Assembly (NCBI GenBank): GCA_949292385.1
Contig: CASEZC010000016.1
Span: 1-58,058 of the forward strand
Reading direction: 5' to 3'
Source: an uncultured Pseudomonadota bacterium
GTDB lineage: Bacteria > Pseudomonadota > Alphaproteobacteria > Rs-D84
DNA: 58,058 nt
Shown piece after piece: positions 1 through 9,862 of the stretch (positions are counted from its first letter, which is position 1; the number at the start of each line of letters is the position of its first letter). The notes under the pieces are model-generated. The model made no database searches. It was not told the origin of the DNA and was given only the letters and a program-made list of their open reading frames with translations. The translations under genes and the position numbers were made by a program.

Positions 1-47
1 GACTGAAAATCCCTGTGTCAGTGGTTCGATTCCACTTCTAGCCACCA
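1..47 (+). tRNA. tRNA-Phe(GAA), 3' portion only (gene cut by the window edge)
   Basis: Anticodon loop CTGAAAA, T-arm GGTTCGATTCC, 3' acceptor strand and encoded CCA. Nearly colinear with the 3' half of E. coli tRNA-Phe. Confidence 0.8.
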
Positions 48-51
48 TTTT

Positions 52-1527
52 TTATTTCCCCATTATTTTTGTCGGACGATTATCTATGCCTGCAAATTCT
101 TCTATATGCTTTGCAAGTTGCAGAACTTTTAAGTCGTCAAAGCGTTTCCCGACAACTTGCATACCTAATGGCAGGCCGTTTTCTGCCAGACCACATGGTA
201 CGCTGCATGCAGGAACACCAGCCAAGTTCATCGCAACCGTAAATAAATCCAATGCATAATATTCAAGAGGACTTAAATCTGAGTCTAATGGCATAGCTGT
301 GCCAGCGCTTGAAGGGCATAATATTAAATCACAACTTTCAAATGCCTTGTTAAAGCTGTCTGCTATCATACGACGTACGCGTGCCGCTTGCATAAAGTAT
401 ACTTCGTACGATTCGCTGGATAATACTGCTGTACCAACAATCATACGACGTTGTACTTCTTCACCAAAACCTGCTGCACGTGTCTTTTTATAAGTGTCTA
501 TTAAATCTTCGCCTTCTACGCGTAAGCCATATCTCATGCCGTCGTAGCGGGCTAGGTTTGATGATGCTTCTGCTGGGGCTATTATGTAATACGCTGCCAA
601 TGCATCCAAAATATTTGGTATAGAAACTTCTACAATCTCGGCCCCTGCGGATTTTAAATCTGCAATGCGTGCTTTAAATAAACGTTCCATATCGGCAGAT
701 ATTTTTACATCTGCAAATTCTTTTATTACACCAACACGTAACTTTTTCCCGTTGCCTAAAACAGGTTCTAATGGATTTTGAACATTAAATCCTTGGTCGC
801 TGCTAGTTGAATCTTTTGGATCGTGACCCGCCATGGTAGATAATAATAAAGCAGCGTCATCAACTGTGCGAGCAATAGGACCAGGTGTGTCTAAACTTGA
901 TGCGAATGCTACGCAACCCCATCTGCTGCATAAACCGTAAGTTGGTTTCATGCCAACCAAACCTGTTATTGCGGACGGAAAACGAATCGAACCACCTGTG
1001 TCTGTTCCTGTTCCACCAATGGCAAGTCCTGATGCAATAGCACTTGTTGCACCACCAGAAGAACCGCCGGCTGTTAATCTTTTTTCTAATTGCCATGGAT
1101 TTACTGGTGCGCCAAAGTAACTTGTTTTGCTGAATGTACCCATCGCAAATTCATCAAGGTTTGTTTTTCCCAATAAAACGGTTCCGGCATCAATGAACTT
1201 TTGCGATACTGTTGATTCATATTCTGGAACAAAGTTTTCTAACATACGTGACGCAGCAGTTGTTCTGATGCCACGTGTTGCGAATAAGTCTTTCATGCCG
1301 ATTGGCATACCGTCCAAGGGTAGGGCTGTTCCTGATGCATAGCGTGCGTCAGATGCAGCTGCGTCTGCCATTGCACGTTCTGGTGTGACGGTTATATAGC
1401 AATTTAATTCTTTGCCGTACTTTTCAATTCTGTCTAGGTACGCTTTTGTCAGTTCAACAGAACTGATTTCTCCAGATTTTAATTTTTGTAAAGCTTCTGT
1501 AATAGTTAGGTCTATCATTTTTTTCAC
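52..1527 (-). CDS. gatA: Glu-tRNA(Gln)/Asp-tRNA(Asn) amidotransferase subunit A
   Basis: 491 aa. Amidase signature GGSSGGATSAIASG and GTDTGGSIRFPSA. Lies 18 nt downstream of gatC. Confidence 0.95.
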   Translation of the reverse strand: MKKMIDLTITEALQKLKSGEISSVELTKAYLDRIEKYGKELNCYITVTPERAMADAAASDARYASGTALPLDGMPIGMKDLFATRGIRTTAASRMLENFVPEYESTVSQKFIDAGTVLLGKTNLDEFAMGTFSKTSYFGAPVNPWQLEKRLTAGGSSGGATSAIASGLAIGGTGTDTGGSIRFPSAITGLVGMKPTYGLCSRWGCVAFASSLDTPGPIARTVDDAALLLSTMAGHDPKDSTSSDQGFNVQNPLEPVLGNGKKLRVGVIKEFADVKISADMERLFKARIADLKSAGAEIVEVSIPNILDALAAYYIIAPAEASSNLARYDGMRYGLRVEGEDLIDTYKKTRAAGFGEEVQRRMIVGTAVLSSESYEVYFMQAARVRRMIADSFNKAFESCDLILCPSSAGTAMPLDSDLSPLEYYALDLFTVAMNLAGVPACSVPCGLAENGLPLGMQVVGKRFDDLKVLQLAKHIEEFAGIDNRPTKIMGK

Positions 1528-1545
1528 TTTGATTTATTTTTTTAT

Positions 1546-1839
1546 TTATTCATCCATAACTTTTGGTACTGCAAAATACCCACGTGAAACACCAGCTGTG
1601 TCAGGTGCATTTTTTAAAACTAAATCACGAATGTTTCCATCAGTCACTGTGTCCGTACGACGTGGTAATTTATGTTCAGCAGGATTTAACATTGGTTCAA
1701 TTCCTGTTGTATCAATTTTTTGTAGTTTGTCTAACCAATCAATTACAGAATCTATATTCATTTTTTCTAATTTTTCTTCAGAAATATCGATTCGTATTAA
1801 ATCGGCAAATTTTTTTAATTGCTGCTTGCTAAATGCCAT
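1546..1839 (-). CDS. gatC: Glu-tRNA(Gln)/Asp-tRNA(Asn) amidotransferase subunit C
   Basis: 97 aa counted from the ATG at 1839 (MAFSKQQLKKFADLIRIDISEEKLE...). The ORF-track start at 1887 looks like an upstream extension. GatC length and position immediately upstream of gatA. Confidence 0.88.
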   Translation of the reverse strand: MAFSKQQLKKFADLIRIDISEEKLEKMNIDSVIDWLDKLQKIDTTGIEPMLNPAEHKLPRRTDTVTDGNIRDLVLKNAPDTAGVSRGYFAVPKVMDE

Positions 1840-1886
1840 TTCTAATCCTATTCTATATTTAAAATAAAAACATAAGGAATTATACA

Positions 1887-2336
1887 ATGATTTTACCAGA
1901 TTTCAAGGCTTTTCCACGGTTGGGACGCGTTTTAGGCGTTGACTGGGGCGCAAAAAGAACAGGAGTTGCTGTATCTGACGATTCCAGAAATTTTGTGTTT
2001 GTAAGACCTGTTTTGACAGCAAATAAATCTGGGCTATCTATGGCAAAGCAAATCGCTGAAACGGCAAAGAAAGAAAATGTTGTTGGAATTGTTTTTGGTT
2101 TGCCTTTGCATTCTGATGGAACTGAATCAGAAACAACAAAGCTTGTACGCTTGTGTGCCAATGAAACGTGCACATACATCGATTTGCCTATTGCTTTTAT
2201 AGAAGAAAATTTAACAAGTTTTTATGCTCAAGAAAATATGGGAAAGGTTAGAGTTTCTGATATAAAAAAGAATTTAGACTCTGAGTCTGCAAAAGTTATT
2301 TTGGAAAATGCAATTGCTGTTATTAATAGACTGTAA
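1887..2336 (+). CDS. ruvX: Holliday-junction resolvase-like nuclease RuvX/YqgF
   Basis: 149 aa. N-terminal LGVDWGAKRTGVAVSD motif typical of YqgF family. Confidence 0.88.
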   Translation: MILPDFKAFPRLGRVLGVDWGAKRTGVAVSDDSRNFVFVRPVLTANKSGLSMAKQIAETAKKENVVGIVFGLPLHSDGTESETTKLVRLCANETCTYIDLPIAFIEENLTSFYAQENMGKVRVSDIKKNLDSESAKVILENAIAVINRL

Positions 2337-2349
2337 ATAAAAACGCAGA

Positions 2350-2375
2350 AACGGTGCATATAGCACCGTTTTTTT
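2350..2375. terminator. Rho-independent terminator hairpin between convergent ruvX and the AI-2E transporter gene
   Basis: AACGGTGC-atata-GCACCGTT followed by a T run. Confidence 0.7.
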
Positions 2376-2379
2376 ATTT

Positions 2380-3429
2380 TTATTCTTCTTCATTTTTGTC
2401 TGGTATTTTCCCGTCTGCTGATAATAGAATTGCTATCCAACGGGTAGAATCAAATTGAGCTGTTATTATAAATGTCGCAACCAATAGTGGTACGCTGAAG
2501 AACATTCCAGCAATGCCCCAAATCATTCCCCAAAATACCAAGTTTATTAATATAGCAAGCGTTGAAAGATTTAAGGTTTTTCCTGTAAACTTTGGCTCTA
2601 AAATATTTCCAAATATTATTTGTAATGCGATTAAACCGATTGCCGTTAATATTGGTTGGTGAAGGGAAGGGGCAGTTATCAACGAATATAATATCGGTAA
2701 TGCGCATGCGACAATTGCACCAATTGTTGGTATATAGCTTGTTATAAATACTATAAATGCCCATATTCCAGCAAATTGTACGCCTATCATTTCTAGCCAG
2801 AAGAATGATAAGATGCCTGTTATTCCTGATAGTAATGTTTTCATAAATAAATATTTTTTCATATTGTCATCGATACTATCGATTATATAACGCATTTTTG
2901 TGGATTGGCGTTTGTTAGGGAATAATGCAGCAAATTTTTTATTAAATGTGCTTTGTTCTATGAACATGAATAATATATAAACTAATATCATTCCTGCAGA
3001 TGTAACAAGATTTGCAGCGGATGCACCTATGTTAGTTGCTATGTTTGCTATGTTCGGTAACATGCTGGCGTCAAATTTTATTCCAAGAGACTCAGATAGG
3101 TAATTCCCGAATATAATCATTTTATGTTGTATGGCGGGCAGGGCAACAAGTAATTCTCTGAACATTGGTTGAATTTGAGTCACAAATAAATACATGACGC
3201 CAAACATTATTCCAATCGCTATTATGTTTGATGTCCAGTCCATTGTTTTGGAAAATATTGGTCGGGACTTTCTATCTGTCTCTGAATTAAAAGGTAATAT
3301 TAAGCGACAATATGCAGCTGTTGCATTTATTAGATACCATAAAAAAGTTGCAACCAGTAATGGTATGATAATAGAACGACCAATCCATAAGAAAAATATA
3401 AGACCGGCAAACAATATTAATCCATTCAT
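2380..3429 (-). CDS. AI-2E (PerM/YhhT) family transporter
   Basis: 349 aa, polytopic. C-terminal GMIWGIAGMFFSVPLLV segment characteristic of the AI-2E family. Confidence 0.75.
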   Translation of the reverse strand: MNGLILFAGLIFFLWIGRSIIIPLLVATFLWYLINATAAYCRLILPFNSETDRKSRPIFSKTMDWTSNIIAIGIMFGVMYLFVTQIQPMFRELLVALPAIQHKMIIFGNYLSESLGIKFDASMLPNIANIATNIGASAANLVTSAGMILVYILFMFIEQSTFNKKFAALFPNKRQSTKMRYIIDSIDDNMKKYLFMKTLLSGITGILSFFWLEMIGVQFAGIWAFIVFITSYIPTIGAIVACALPILYSLITAPSLHQPILTAIGLIALQIIFGNILEPKFTGKTLNLSTLAILINLVFWGMIWGIAGMFFSVPLLVATFIITAQFDSTRWIAILLSADGKIPDKNEEE

Positions 3430-3472
3430 AAAAGTCTCCTATGCCTTGATATCGTGCATATAGCGCGTTTTT

Positions 3473-4411
3473 TTATTCTGTTGTTACAGGTGTTGTAACG
3501 GGTACGTCACTTATATTAAATTGTACATTTGTAATTCTTGGTGCAGACAGATATATGCTGGCACATATCAAACATATTAATAATATGAAGTTAAGTGCGA
3601 TTGCAAATTTTGCATATGTGTCGTTAATAGAGGACTGGAATTTTTTTACCCCAGTAATTTTTATCCATAATCCACATATTATACTTAAACCAAGCGTTAC
3701 CAATACCATATTAAATCCGATAAAGAAACCAGATAATATGACCATTATCAGAAAAGATATGACAGTTTTTAGAGGGTGAGATAAAATCCAATTAGTAAAA
3801 GTTCCATACCAAGAAGATGCTTTTGTGTTAATCTTATTTTTTTGCTTGGTTTCTTCTGGAAGAATGTATCCTGGAATCCAAAATAATCCGAAACCTAATG
3901 GCATAGAACATATTATTTTCCATGGTTTTATTCCGATAGTTTTGCAACGCTGATATTTTACATATAGGTTTGATAAAAATATTCCGCAAAGATACAGATA
4001 AAATAGAGCAACACCTGCGACCAGTGCTATCAAAGATAGGCTGGAATTTGCTTCTAGCCACATCAGTTTTAATAATAGACTATTTGAATATATTAAGATA
4101 AGTGTTGTTGATGAGATAAATAATAAAGACAGGATAAATATCTGAGCGTTACTTATTGCAACAAAGTTTTTTTGATTAATGTCTTCTTTTGACATACCTT
4201 TCCAAAGTAATAAAGCGCTTAATGCAAAAGCTAAAGCCATAAGTAGTGTTAATACGCCGTTAGGATTTGTTGAGGCGGAGTTTGAGAATATGGTTGAGAT
4301 TATTCCGTATCCAAAACCCATCACAACCATCAGCAAGAAACTTATAATTGCGAATTTTAGTGGTTGTTTTACTAACCAATATAACATGCTTTGTGACTTT
4401 TTTTCTGTCAT
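3473..4411 (-). CDS. Polytopic membrane protein, unknown function
   Basis: 312 aa with about 8 hydrophobic helices. No motif recognised. Lies 25 nt downstream of sufC on the same strand. Confidence 0.6.
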   Translation of the reverse strand: MTEKKSQSMLYWLVKQPLKFAIISFLLMVVMGFGYGIISTIFSNSASTNPNGVLTLLMALAFALSALLLWKGMSKEDINQKNFVAISNAQIFILSLLFISSTTLILIYSNSLLLKLMWLEANSSLSLIALVAGVALFYLYLCGIFLSNLYVKYQRCKTIGIKPWKIICSMPLGFGLFWIPGYILPEETKQKNKINTKASSWYGTFTNWILSHPLKTVISFLIMVILSGFFIGFNMVLVTLGLSIICGLWIKITGVKKFQSSINDTYAKFAIALNFILLICLICASIYLSAPRITNVQFNISDVPVTTPVTTE

Positions 4412-4436
4412 ATTTTATCCCTTTTATTTTTTCTTA

Positions 4437-5114
4437 TTATTCTATCATAACTTTCCCTGCAGACAAAGTTGTTATGTGATCTGGGCTTATCATGTCTGTA
4501 AACTTTTGTTGGTGACTGATGAATAAGAATGTCGTTTCTGACATTTCCTTTATCGTTTTTACTATTTGTTCTTGTACAGATGCATCCGCGCCAGAATCTG
4601 GTTCATCTAATATTGCCAGTTTTGGTTTTGTTAAAATCAATCTTAGCAACATTAATCGTTTGCGTTCGCCGCCGGAAAAACCAACGTTTATACTTCTGTT
4701 CAGCCATTCTTTGGGAATGTCTAGTTTTGTACGTGCGCTTTCTAATTCGGTTAAAAATTCCCCCATGGATAATTCTTTTCCAGTTTCAAAGTGTTTGTGC
4801 GCCGCAATAGAATGTTTTAGAAAACTTAAAACAGTTAACCCTGGTATTTCTGGTACGTTTTGTGCGCCTAAAAATATTCCTAGAAGAGCACGAGTCGTAG
4901 AGTTTTCATTAGTGATGTCACGACCTTCAAAAATTATTTTACCTGATTTAACTTCGTATTCTGGGTTGCCTGAAATTGTACCAACAAGGGTAGATTTACC
5001 AGAACCATTATGACCAGATAATAAATGTCTGGACCCTTTTGATACTGTCATGTTTATGTCAGTTAAAAGTGGTTTATCATTTAAGGATACTGACAAATTT
5101 TTTATTTCTAGCAT
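4437..5114 (-). CDS. sufC: Fe-S cluster assembly ATPase SufC
   Basis: 225 aa. Walker A GHNGSGKSTL, ABC signature FSGGERKR, Walker B LAILDEPDSG. Follows sufB by 18 nt. Confidence 0.9.
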   Translation of the reverse strand: MLEIKNLSVSLNDKPLLTDINMTVSKGSRHLLSGHNGSGKSTLVGTISGNPEYEVKSGKIIFEGRDITNENSTTRALLGIFLGAQNVPEIPGLTVLSFLKHSIAAHKHFETGKELSMGEFLTELESARTKLDIPKEWLNRSINVGFSGGERKRLMLLRLILTKPKLAILDEPDSGADASVQEQIVKTIKEMSETTFLFISHQQKFTDMISPDHITTLSAGKVMIE

Positions 5115-5132
5115 GTTTGTAAACCTTAGTTT

Positions 5133-6464
5133 TTATTTATTGGACAATGCCATTTGTATTAATTGTTTAGATTCTACTAAGAACTCCATAGGAAGTCTTG
5201 ATATAATAGGAGCTGCACTGGCGCCTATTATAAGAGCCGTTGCTTCATCTTCTGTAATCCCAGATTGCATAAGATATAATAATTGATTTTTATCTATTGC
5301 ACCGGTGCTTGCTTCGTGGCTTTGTGCATTATCAGAATTTGTATGTATTATTGTCGGCAGTGTATTTGCAATTGCGTTGTTTCCTATAATTCTTGTGTCG
5401 CATTTAGATGCGTTTTTACCATTGTGGCCGGTAAAACTTACAAGACTACGAAATGTTTGACGCGAATTATCTGTTGCAACCCCATAAGATATTATGTTTG
5501 ATACAGTATCATTGCCTATATGTATCATCTTTGTACCGGTGTCAGCCTGTTGAATACCACGTGTTATTGTTAAAGAACAGAAGTCACTTTTAGAGTTGTC
5601 GCCTGCAAGGATAGTAGATGGATATTTCCATGTCATTGCAGAGCCTATTTCTACCTGAGTCCAATTTAATCGTGCATTTTTTTCACATCGTCCACGCTTG
5701 GTTACAAAATTTAATATGCCACTTGTATTCGTTTGGTCTTTTTTTGCTTCGCCAGCATACCAGTTTTGTACAGTTGCATATTTTACGATTGCATCTTCTT
5801 TTACTACTATTTCCACAACACCACTATGTAACTGGTGGTTGGGGCGTCTTGGTGCACTGCAACCTTCCATATAGCTTAATTCTGCGCCTGTGTCCGCAAT
5901 TATCAATGTTCTTTCAAATTGTCCTATCTTTGCCGTTTCTATTCTAAAATAACTTGCCAAATCGATAGGGCATTTGGTTTTCGGTGGAATGTATACAAAT
6001 GTTCCATCCGAGAATACCGCCGCGTTCAATGCTGCAAAAAAGTTATCTGTTGCAGATACAACGCTTCCTAGATATTTTTTTACTAAGTCTGGATATTGTT
6101 TAACTGCGTCCGAAAATGGCAGAAATATTATACCAAGCTTGTTTAGTTCTGCCGTATATGATGTATGAACTGATTTGCTATCAATTACTGTGTCTGTTGC
6201 CATGCCCAGAAGTGCTTTTTGTTCGCTTTCTGGTAAACCCATTTTTTCGTAAGTAGATTTTAGGTCAGAATTATCAACAGGTTTGACTTCGTTATAATAA
6301 TTTAATGTATCGTAATCAATCGGTGAATAATTTATTTCTGCCCAATGGGGTTCGGACATTTTTGACCAAGCTTTAAATGCATCCAGTCGCCAATCTAATA
6401 ACCAGTTTGGTTCTTGTCTTTTTGTGGATATTTCTTTTATAAGATTTTCTGATAACTTTTGCAT
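5133..6464 (-). CDS. sufB: Fe-S cluster assembly scaffold SufB
   Basis: 443 aa. Motifs FERTLIIAD...YMEGCSAP, ATVQNWY and TRIIG...HEASTGAIDKNQLLYLMQSGI are typical of SufB rather than SufD. Confidence 0.88.
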   Translation of the reverse strand: MQKLSENLIKEISTKRQEPNWLLDWRLDAFKAWSKMSEPHWAEINYSPIDYDTLNYYNEVKPVDNSDLKSTYEKMGLPESEQKALLGMATDTVIDSKSVHTSYTAELNKLGIIFLPFSDAVKQYPDLVKKYLGSVVSATDNFFAALNAAVFSDGTFVYIPPKTKCPIDLASYFRIETAKIGQFERTLIIADTGAELSYMEGCSAPRRPNHQLHSGVVEIVVKEDAIVKYATVQNWYAGEAKKDQTNTSGILNFVTKRGRCEKNARLNWTQVEIGSAMTWKYPSTILAGDNSKSDFCSLTITRGIQQADTGTKMIHIGNDTVSNIISYGVATDNSRQTFRSLVSFTGHNGKNASKCDTRIIGNNAIANTLPTIIHTNSDNAQSHEASTGAIDKNQLLYLMQSGITEDEATALIIGASAAPIISRLPMEFLVESKQLIQMALSNK

Positions 6465-6467
6465 GTT

Positions 6468-7013
6468 TTATTCACTGCTTTGCGAAGCAAGTTGTTTGGC
6501 TTGCGCAAAAAATGTAAGAGACTGTCCTAACAGCCCGTCTGTAAATGTTGCAGATAGTATTCCATCTGGATCTGTTGTCGTTAAATGATGTAAAAAACTA
6601 TCCGCGCGGTTCATATAGTTATCTATACTACGTGCAACTTCAGAGTCAAGTTTTATACATCTGCGCAGTTTTTCAAGCGCAAAAGGATTTTTTGCATATT
6701 CGTCCATTATTCCGCCCAAAGCACGCCAAAGAGGGTGTTCTGATGTGTTTCTAGGCATTACGTCAATAGCTGCCATTATCGGAATAAGATTTTGTAACAA
6801 ATCTTGGTAAATCATTTCTGCGTTTTCTGCGACTGCGTTTGTTGCTGACTTGTTTTTTAATACCGATTGAATTTTTACTATCAGGTTATATTGATGGCTT
6901 AATGTCTTAGTAGCGTCTTTTACCCTGATGTTTATGTTTATTAAAAAATACAAAATACCAATGCAAGTGATTAACGTTAATCCAATAAGTACTAAAATCA
7001 AAGTGTTATACAT
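6468..7013 (-). CDS. N-terminally membrane-anchored protein, unknown function
   Basis: 181 aa. Single N-terminal TM (ILVLIGLTLITCIGILYFLI). Stop codon lies 3 nt before the sufB start, so probably co-transcribed. Confidence 0.55.
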   Translation of the reverse strand: MYNTLILVLIGLTLITCIGILYFLININIRVKDATKTLSHQYNLIVKIQSVLKNKSATNAVAENAEMIYQDLLQNLIPIMAAIDVMPRNTSEHPLWRALGGIMDEYAKNPFALEKLRRCIKLDSEVARSIDNYMNRADSFLHHLTTTDPDGILSATFTDGLLGQSLTFFAQAKQLASQSSE

Positions 7014-7126
7014 ATAAAGCCTCTGTTAGTCTGTTAAAATCACAAACAGTATAACATTTTTTGTCGATTCGTGCGATTTTATCTTGCCGTATTACATTTT
7101 ATCCGTGTTTTTAGTGCGTTTTAGTC

Positions 7127-7155
7127 TTGCACAGATTCGGTCAAGTTGATATAAT
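7127..7155 (+). promoter_or_regulatory. Candidate sigma70 promoter for the TcpQ-like/secretin operon
   Basis: TTGCAC, 17-nt spacer, TATAAT. About 43 nt upstream of the ATG at 7198, which is preceded by AGGAAAGGAAG. Confidence 0.45.
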
Positions 7156-7197
7156 AAACATAATTAAATAGTATGAATTATCAGGAAAGGAAGATTT

Positions 7198-8133
7198 ATG
7201 TTCCGTAAAATTTTAATAGTAGCAATGTTTGCAACGGCTGCGGGATATTGTTTCGCTGCTGAAAATTTGCCTCAGGTTGTAACGTCAGAAGTTTTTTATG
7301 TTCAAGATAAAAATGTGAATGAGTCTGAATATGTTCAGACGGATAATTCACAAGTTGCTCAAGAAACTGTTATGCAGCCAACAGAAATTCCTGTTTGGCC
7401 TTTGGCTGGTTCTGATGCAGACGTTGATGTTTCTTGTGACGAAAGTTCAGCGGGGCAGGTTGCGCAAAAAGACAATATAAGAATTGTTTCAAAAATTGGT
7501 ACAGATTTAGTTGTTGAAAATAATTTTAATATAGGTGCGACCGATGGTGATTTTACTGGTTGGTCAGGTGGCGCAAATATGTTGCATGGAACGCAAATTC
7601 CTGTTGGGTTTGATGATGAATGCAATAGGGGGTCGGAAATGCCTTTGTTGCATAGGGAAATGTTAGAAGATGACGGTGGCTCTGTTTTAGCTGTTTCTCG
7701 TAGTGGTCGTAAAAATTGTGGAAATTATGCCGATGGTTATGAAGCTTTTGCTGCAAGAGTTGGTATGACAGAAGAGGAAATGGCTGAAATAAACGAAAGT
7801 GCTAATGGGGAAAGTATTGATGCGGAAATAAAGGTTGATATTTCAGCTGATGCGGAACCAGCACCAGTTTTGACAGATCAAGTTCGTTCTTGGGTTGTCG
7901 CAAATGGTCAGACGTTAAGAGAAGTTTTACAAAGTTGGTGTGATAAAGAAGGTTGGGATTTGGTTTGGGCTACATCTCGTGAATATCCTATAGAAGCAAG
8001 TGCTGTCTTTAAAGGGCGTTTTGTAGACGTTGCATCGGCTTTGGTCAGAAACTTTTCAAGAGCAACACCAATACCTTATGCTAAATTTTACAAGGGTAAC
8101 CGTGTATTGGTAATAACTACATCTGAAGAATAA
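7198..8133 (+). CDS. Exported TcpQ/PilL-like protein (putative secretin partner)
   Basis: 311 aa with a signal peptide (MFATAAGYCFA-AE). The C-terminal ~85 aa (WVVANGQTLREVLQSWCDKEGWDLVWATSREYPIEASAVFKGRFVDVASALVRNF...FYKGNRVLVI) match the pattern of the TcpQ C-terminal domain found in type IVb pilus and ICE PilL proteins. Confidence 0.6.
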   Translation: MFRKILIVAMFATAAGYCFAAENLPQVVTSEVFYVQDKNVNESEYVQTDNSQVAQETVMQPTEIPVWPLAGSDADVDVSCDESSAGQVAQKDNIRIVSKIGTDLVVENNFNIGATDGDFTGWSGGANMLHGTQIPVGFDDECNRGSEMPLLHREMLEDDGGSVLAVSRSGRKNCGNYADGYEAFAARVGMTEEEMAEINESANGESIDAEIKVDISADAEPAPVLTDQVRSWVVANGQTLREVLQSWCDKEGWDLVWATSREYPIEASAVFKGRFVDVASALVRNFSRATPIPYAKFYKGNRVLVITTSEE

Positions 8134-8162
8134 TATTTTGTGCGGGGTCAGAGGAGAAAATT

Positions 8163-9791
8163 ATGAAAAAAAAGTTAAAATTTTTCTTTTTGTGCGGAAT
8201 TGTAAGCGCAATGGTTACTGGATGCGCAAAAGAAGAGTCTGCTAAAGTTGCTGCCTCTGTTGATCAGGATTTTATAAATGCGTATGATGCATTTGAAATG
8301 GCTAAAAATCCACGCGCAAAAGTTGCAAGTGGTGATACTGTTTCTATGTCTGATGGAGTGTGGTTGGGGGCATCTTCTACGGTTTTAGCACATAGAAATA
8401 ATTTGCCTTCGCAGTTTGAATCAGATACTGGCATAACTATTTTGTTGAATGAGCCTGTAACTTTGCAGGTGTTGGCTAATAATATAACATCTATTACAGG
8501 TATCCCTGTAAAGATTGATAGTCAGGTTAATTCAGAAAAATTGAAAAAAACAATCAATATTGCTTATACAGGAAGATTGTCTGGGCTTCTTTCTCAAATA
8601 GCAACAGATTTGGATTTGTTGTGGTATTATGATAAGTCTTCGATTGTTTTCTATGAAACTGAAACAAAAACATTTACTTTGTATGCATTAGGTACGGATG
8701 TTTCTTATCAGACTGCCATAGAAACGGATGATGGTAATCAGGTTTCTTTAGAGTCTACTTTGAAAGAATGGGATGAAGTAGAAAAGTCTATTTCTGCTAT
8801 AATAGGGGATGCTGATAACGCGAAATTTACAGTTTCTCGCAGTTTGGGAACAATTACTGTAACTGCGCCTCCGTCCGTGCTTTCGCGAGTTGGTGAATAT
8901 ATAGCCAAGCAAAATAAGCGCTTGTCACAGCTTGTTACTATCGATGTGAAGGTTTTACAAGTTTCTATATCAAATGATTCTGCATTTGGGTTGAACTTGG
9001 CGGCGGCTATTAATTCTGCGTCCGGTTTGGATATAGTTGCAAATCCAAAAAATAATTTGGCAACGACAGAAGCAAGCTCTATGAATATAGCTGTTTTGTC
9101 TAATACTGTATCTGGTATGACTGGTGCAACGCATCTTGAAAATGGGCAAGAAGTAGCAGGCGCGTATACCGCAGATCAAATAAGAAACAGTTCTTTGTCT
9201 GGTGTAGCTGGTAGCTCTGCATTGATAGAAGCGTTGGCTAAGCAAGGAAAGGTTTCTTTGGTTACAAACGTAGGTGTTACAACACGTAACAACCGTGTAG
9301 CACCGGTTAATAATACAAAGACAACTGGATACATAAAACGTTTCGAATCTCGTAACTTTACAACTGTCGAATCAAGTACAGTTGATCAGGATGATTTGGA
9401 AACAGGATTTTCAATGCAACTTTTACCAAATGTTTTGGAAAATGGTAAAATATTGTTGTTGTTTAGAATGTCTGTTCGTGAATTGTTAAAGATGTCTACG
9501 CAGACTATTGGTGAAGTAACTTTGCAGTTGCCAGAAGTTGAAGAACGTAGCTTTATGCAGGAAGTTATAATGGAATCTGGACAAATGCTGGTTGTTTCTG
9601 GTTTCGAAAAACAGACTAACAATGATACAAGATATGGTTTGGGTGATCCTGACTTTATGGCCTTGTCTGGTTCAAGAGAAACGTCTGCAACGCGTGATGT
9701 GTTGGTTGTTATCTTGACACCTCAGGTTCTGGTAAGTCCTATGGATGCTGAGAGAAATATTCAGCAACATTGGGGAGCTCCTTTGAATTAA
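8163..9791 (+). CDS. PilN/TcpC-type lipoprotein secretin (type IVb pilus family outer-membrane channel)
   Basis: 542 aa. Lipobox VTGC at residues 18-21. C-terminal secretin-like block ...VIMESGQMLVVSGFEKQ...RDVLVVILTPQVL. Confidence 0.7.
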   Translation: MKKKLKFFFLCGIVSAMVTGCAKEESAKVAASVDQDFINAYDAFEMAKNPRAKVASGDTVSMSDGVWLGASSTVLAHRNNLPSQFESDTGITILLNEPVTLQVLANNITSITGIPVKIDSQVNSEKLKKTINIAYTGRLSGLLSQIATDLDLLWYYDKSSIVFYETETKTFTLYALGTDVSYQTAIETDDGNQVSLESTLKEWDEVEKSISAIIGDADNAKFTVSRSLGTITVTAPPSVLSRVGEYIAKQNKRLSQLVTIDVKVLQVSISNDSAFGLNLAAAINSASGLDIVANPKNNLATTEASSMNIAVLSNTVSGMTGATHLENGQEVAGAYTADQIRNSSLSGVAGSSALIEALAKQGKVSLVTNVGVTTRNNRVAPVNNTKTTGYIKRFESRNFTTVESSTVDQDDLETGFSMQLLPNVLENGKILLLFRMSVRELLKMSTQTIGEVTLQLPEVEERSFMQEVIMESGQMLVVSGFEKQTNNDTRYGLGDPDFMALSGSRETSATRDVLVVILTPQVLVSPMDAERNIQQHWGAPLN

Positions 9792-9801
9792 AATCTGATT
9801 T

Positions 9802-9830
9802 AAAAAGTGGGTGAAATAACCCACTTTTTT
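9802..9830 (+). terminator. Rho-independent terminator after the secretin gene
   Basis: AAAAAGTGGGT-gaaata-ACCCACTTTTTT. Confidence 0.75.
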
Positions 9831-9862
9831 ATTTGGCATTTATTTTGTTTCTGTAAAAAAAT

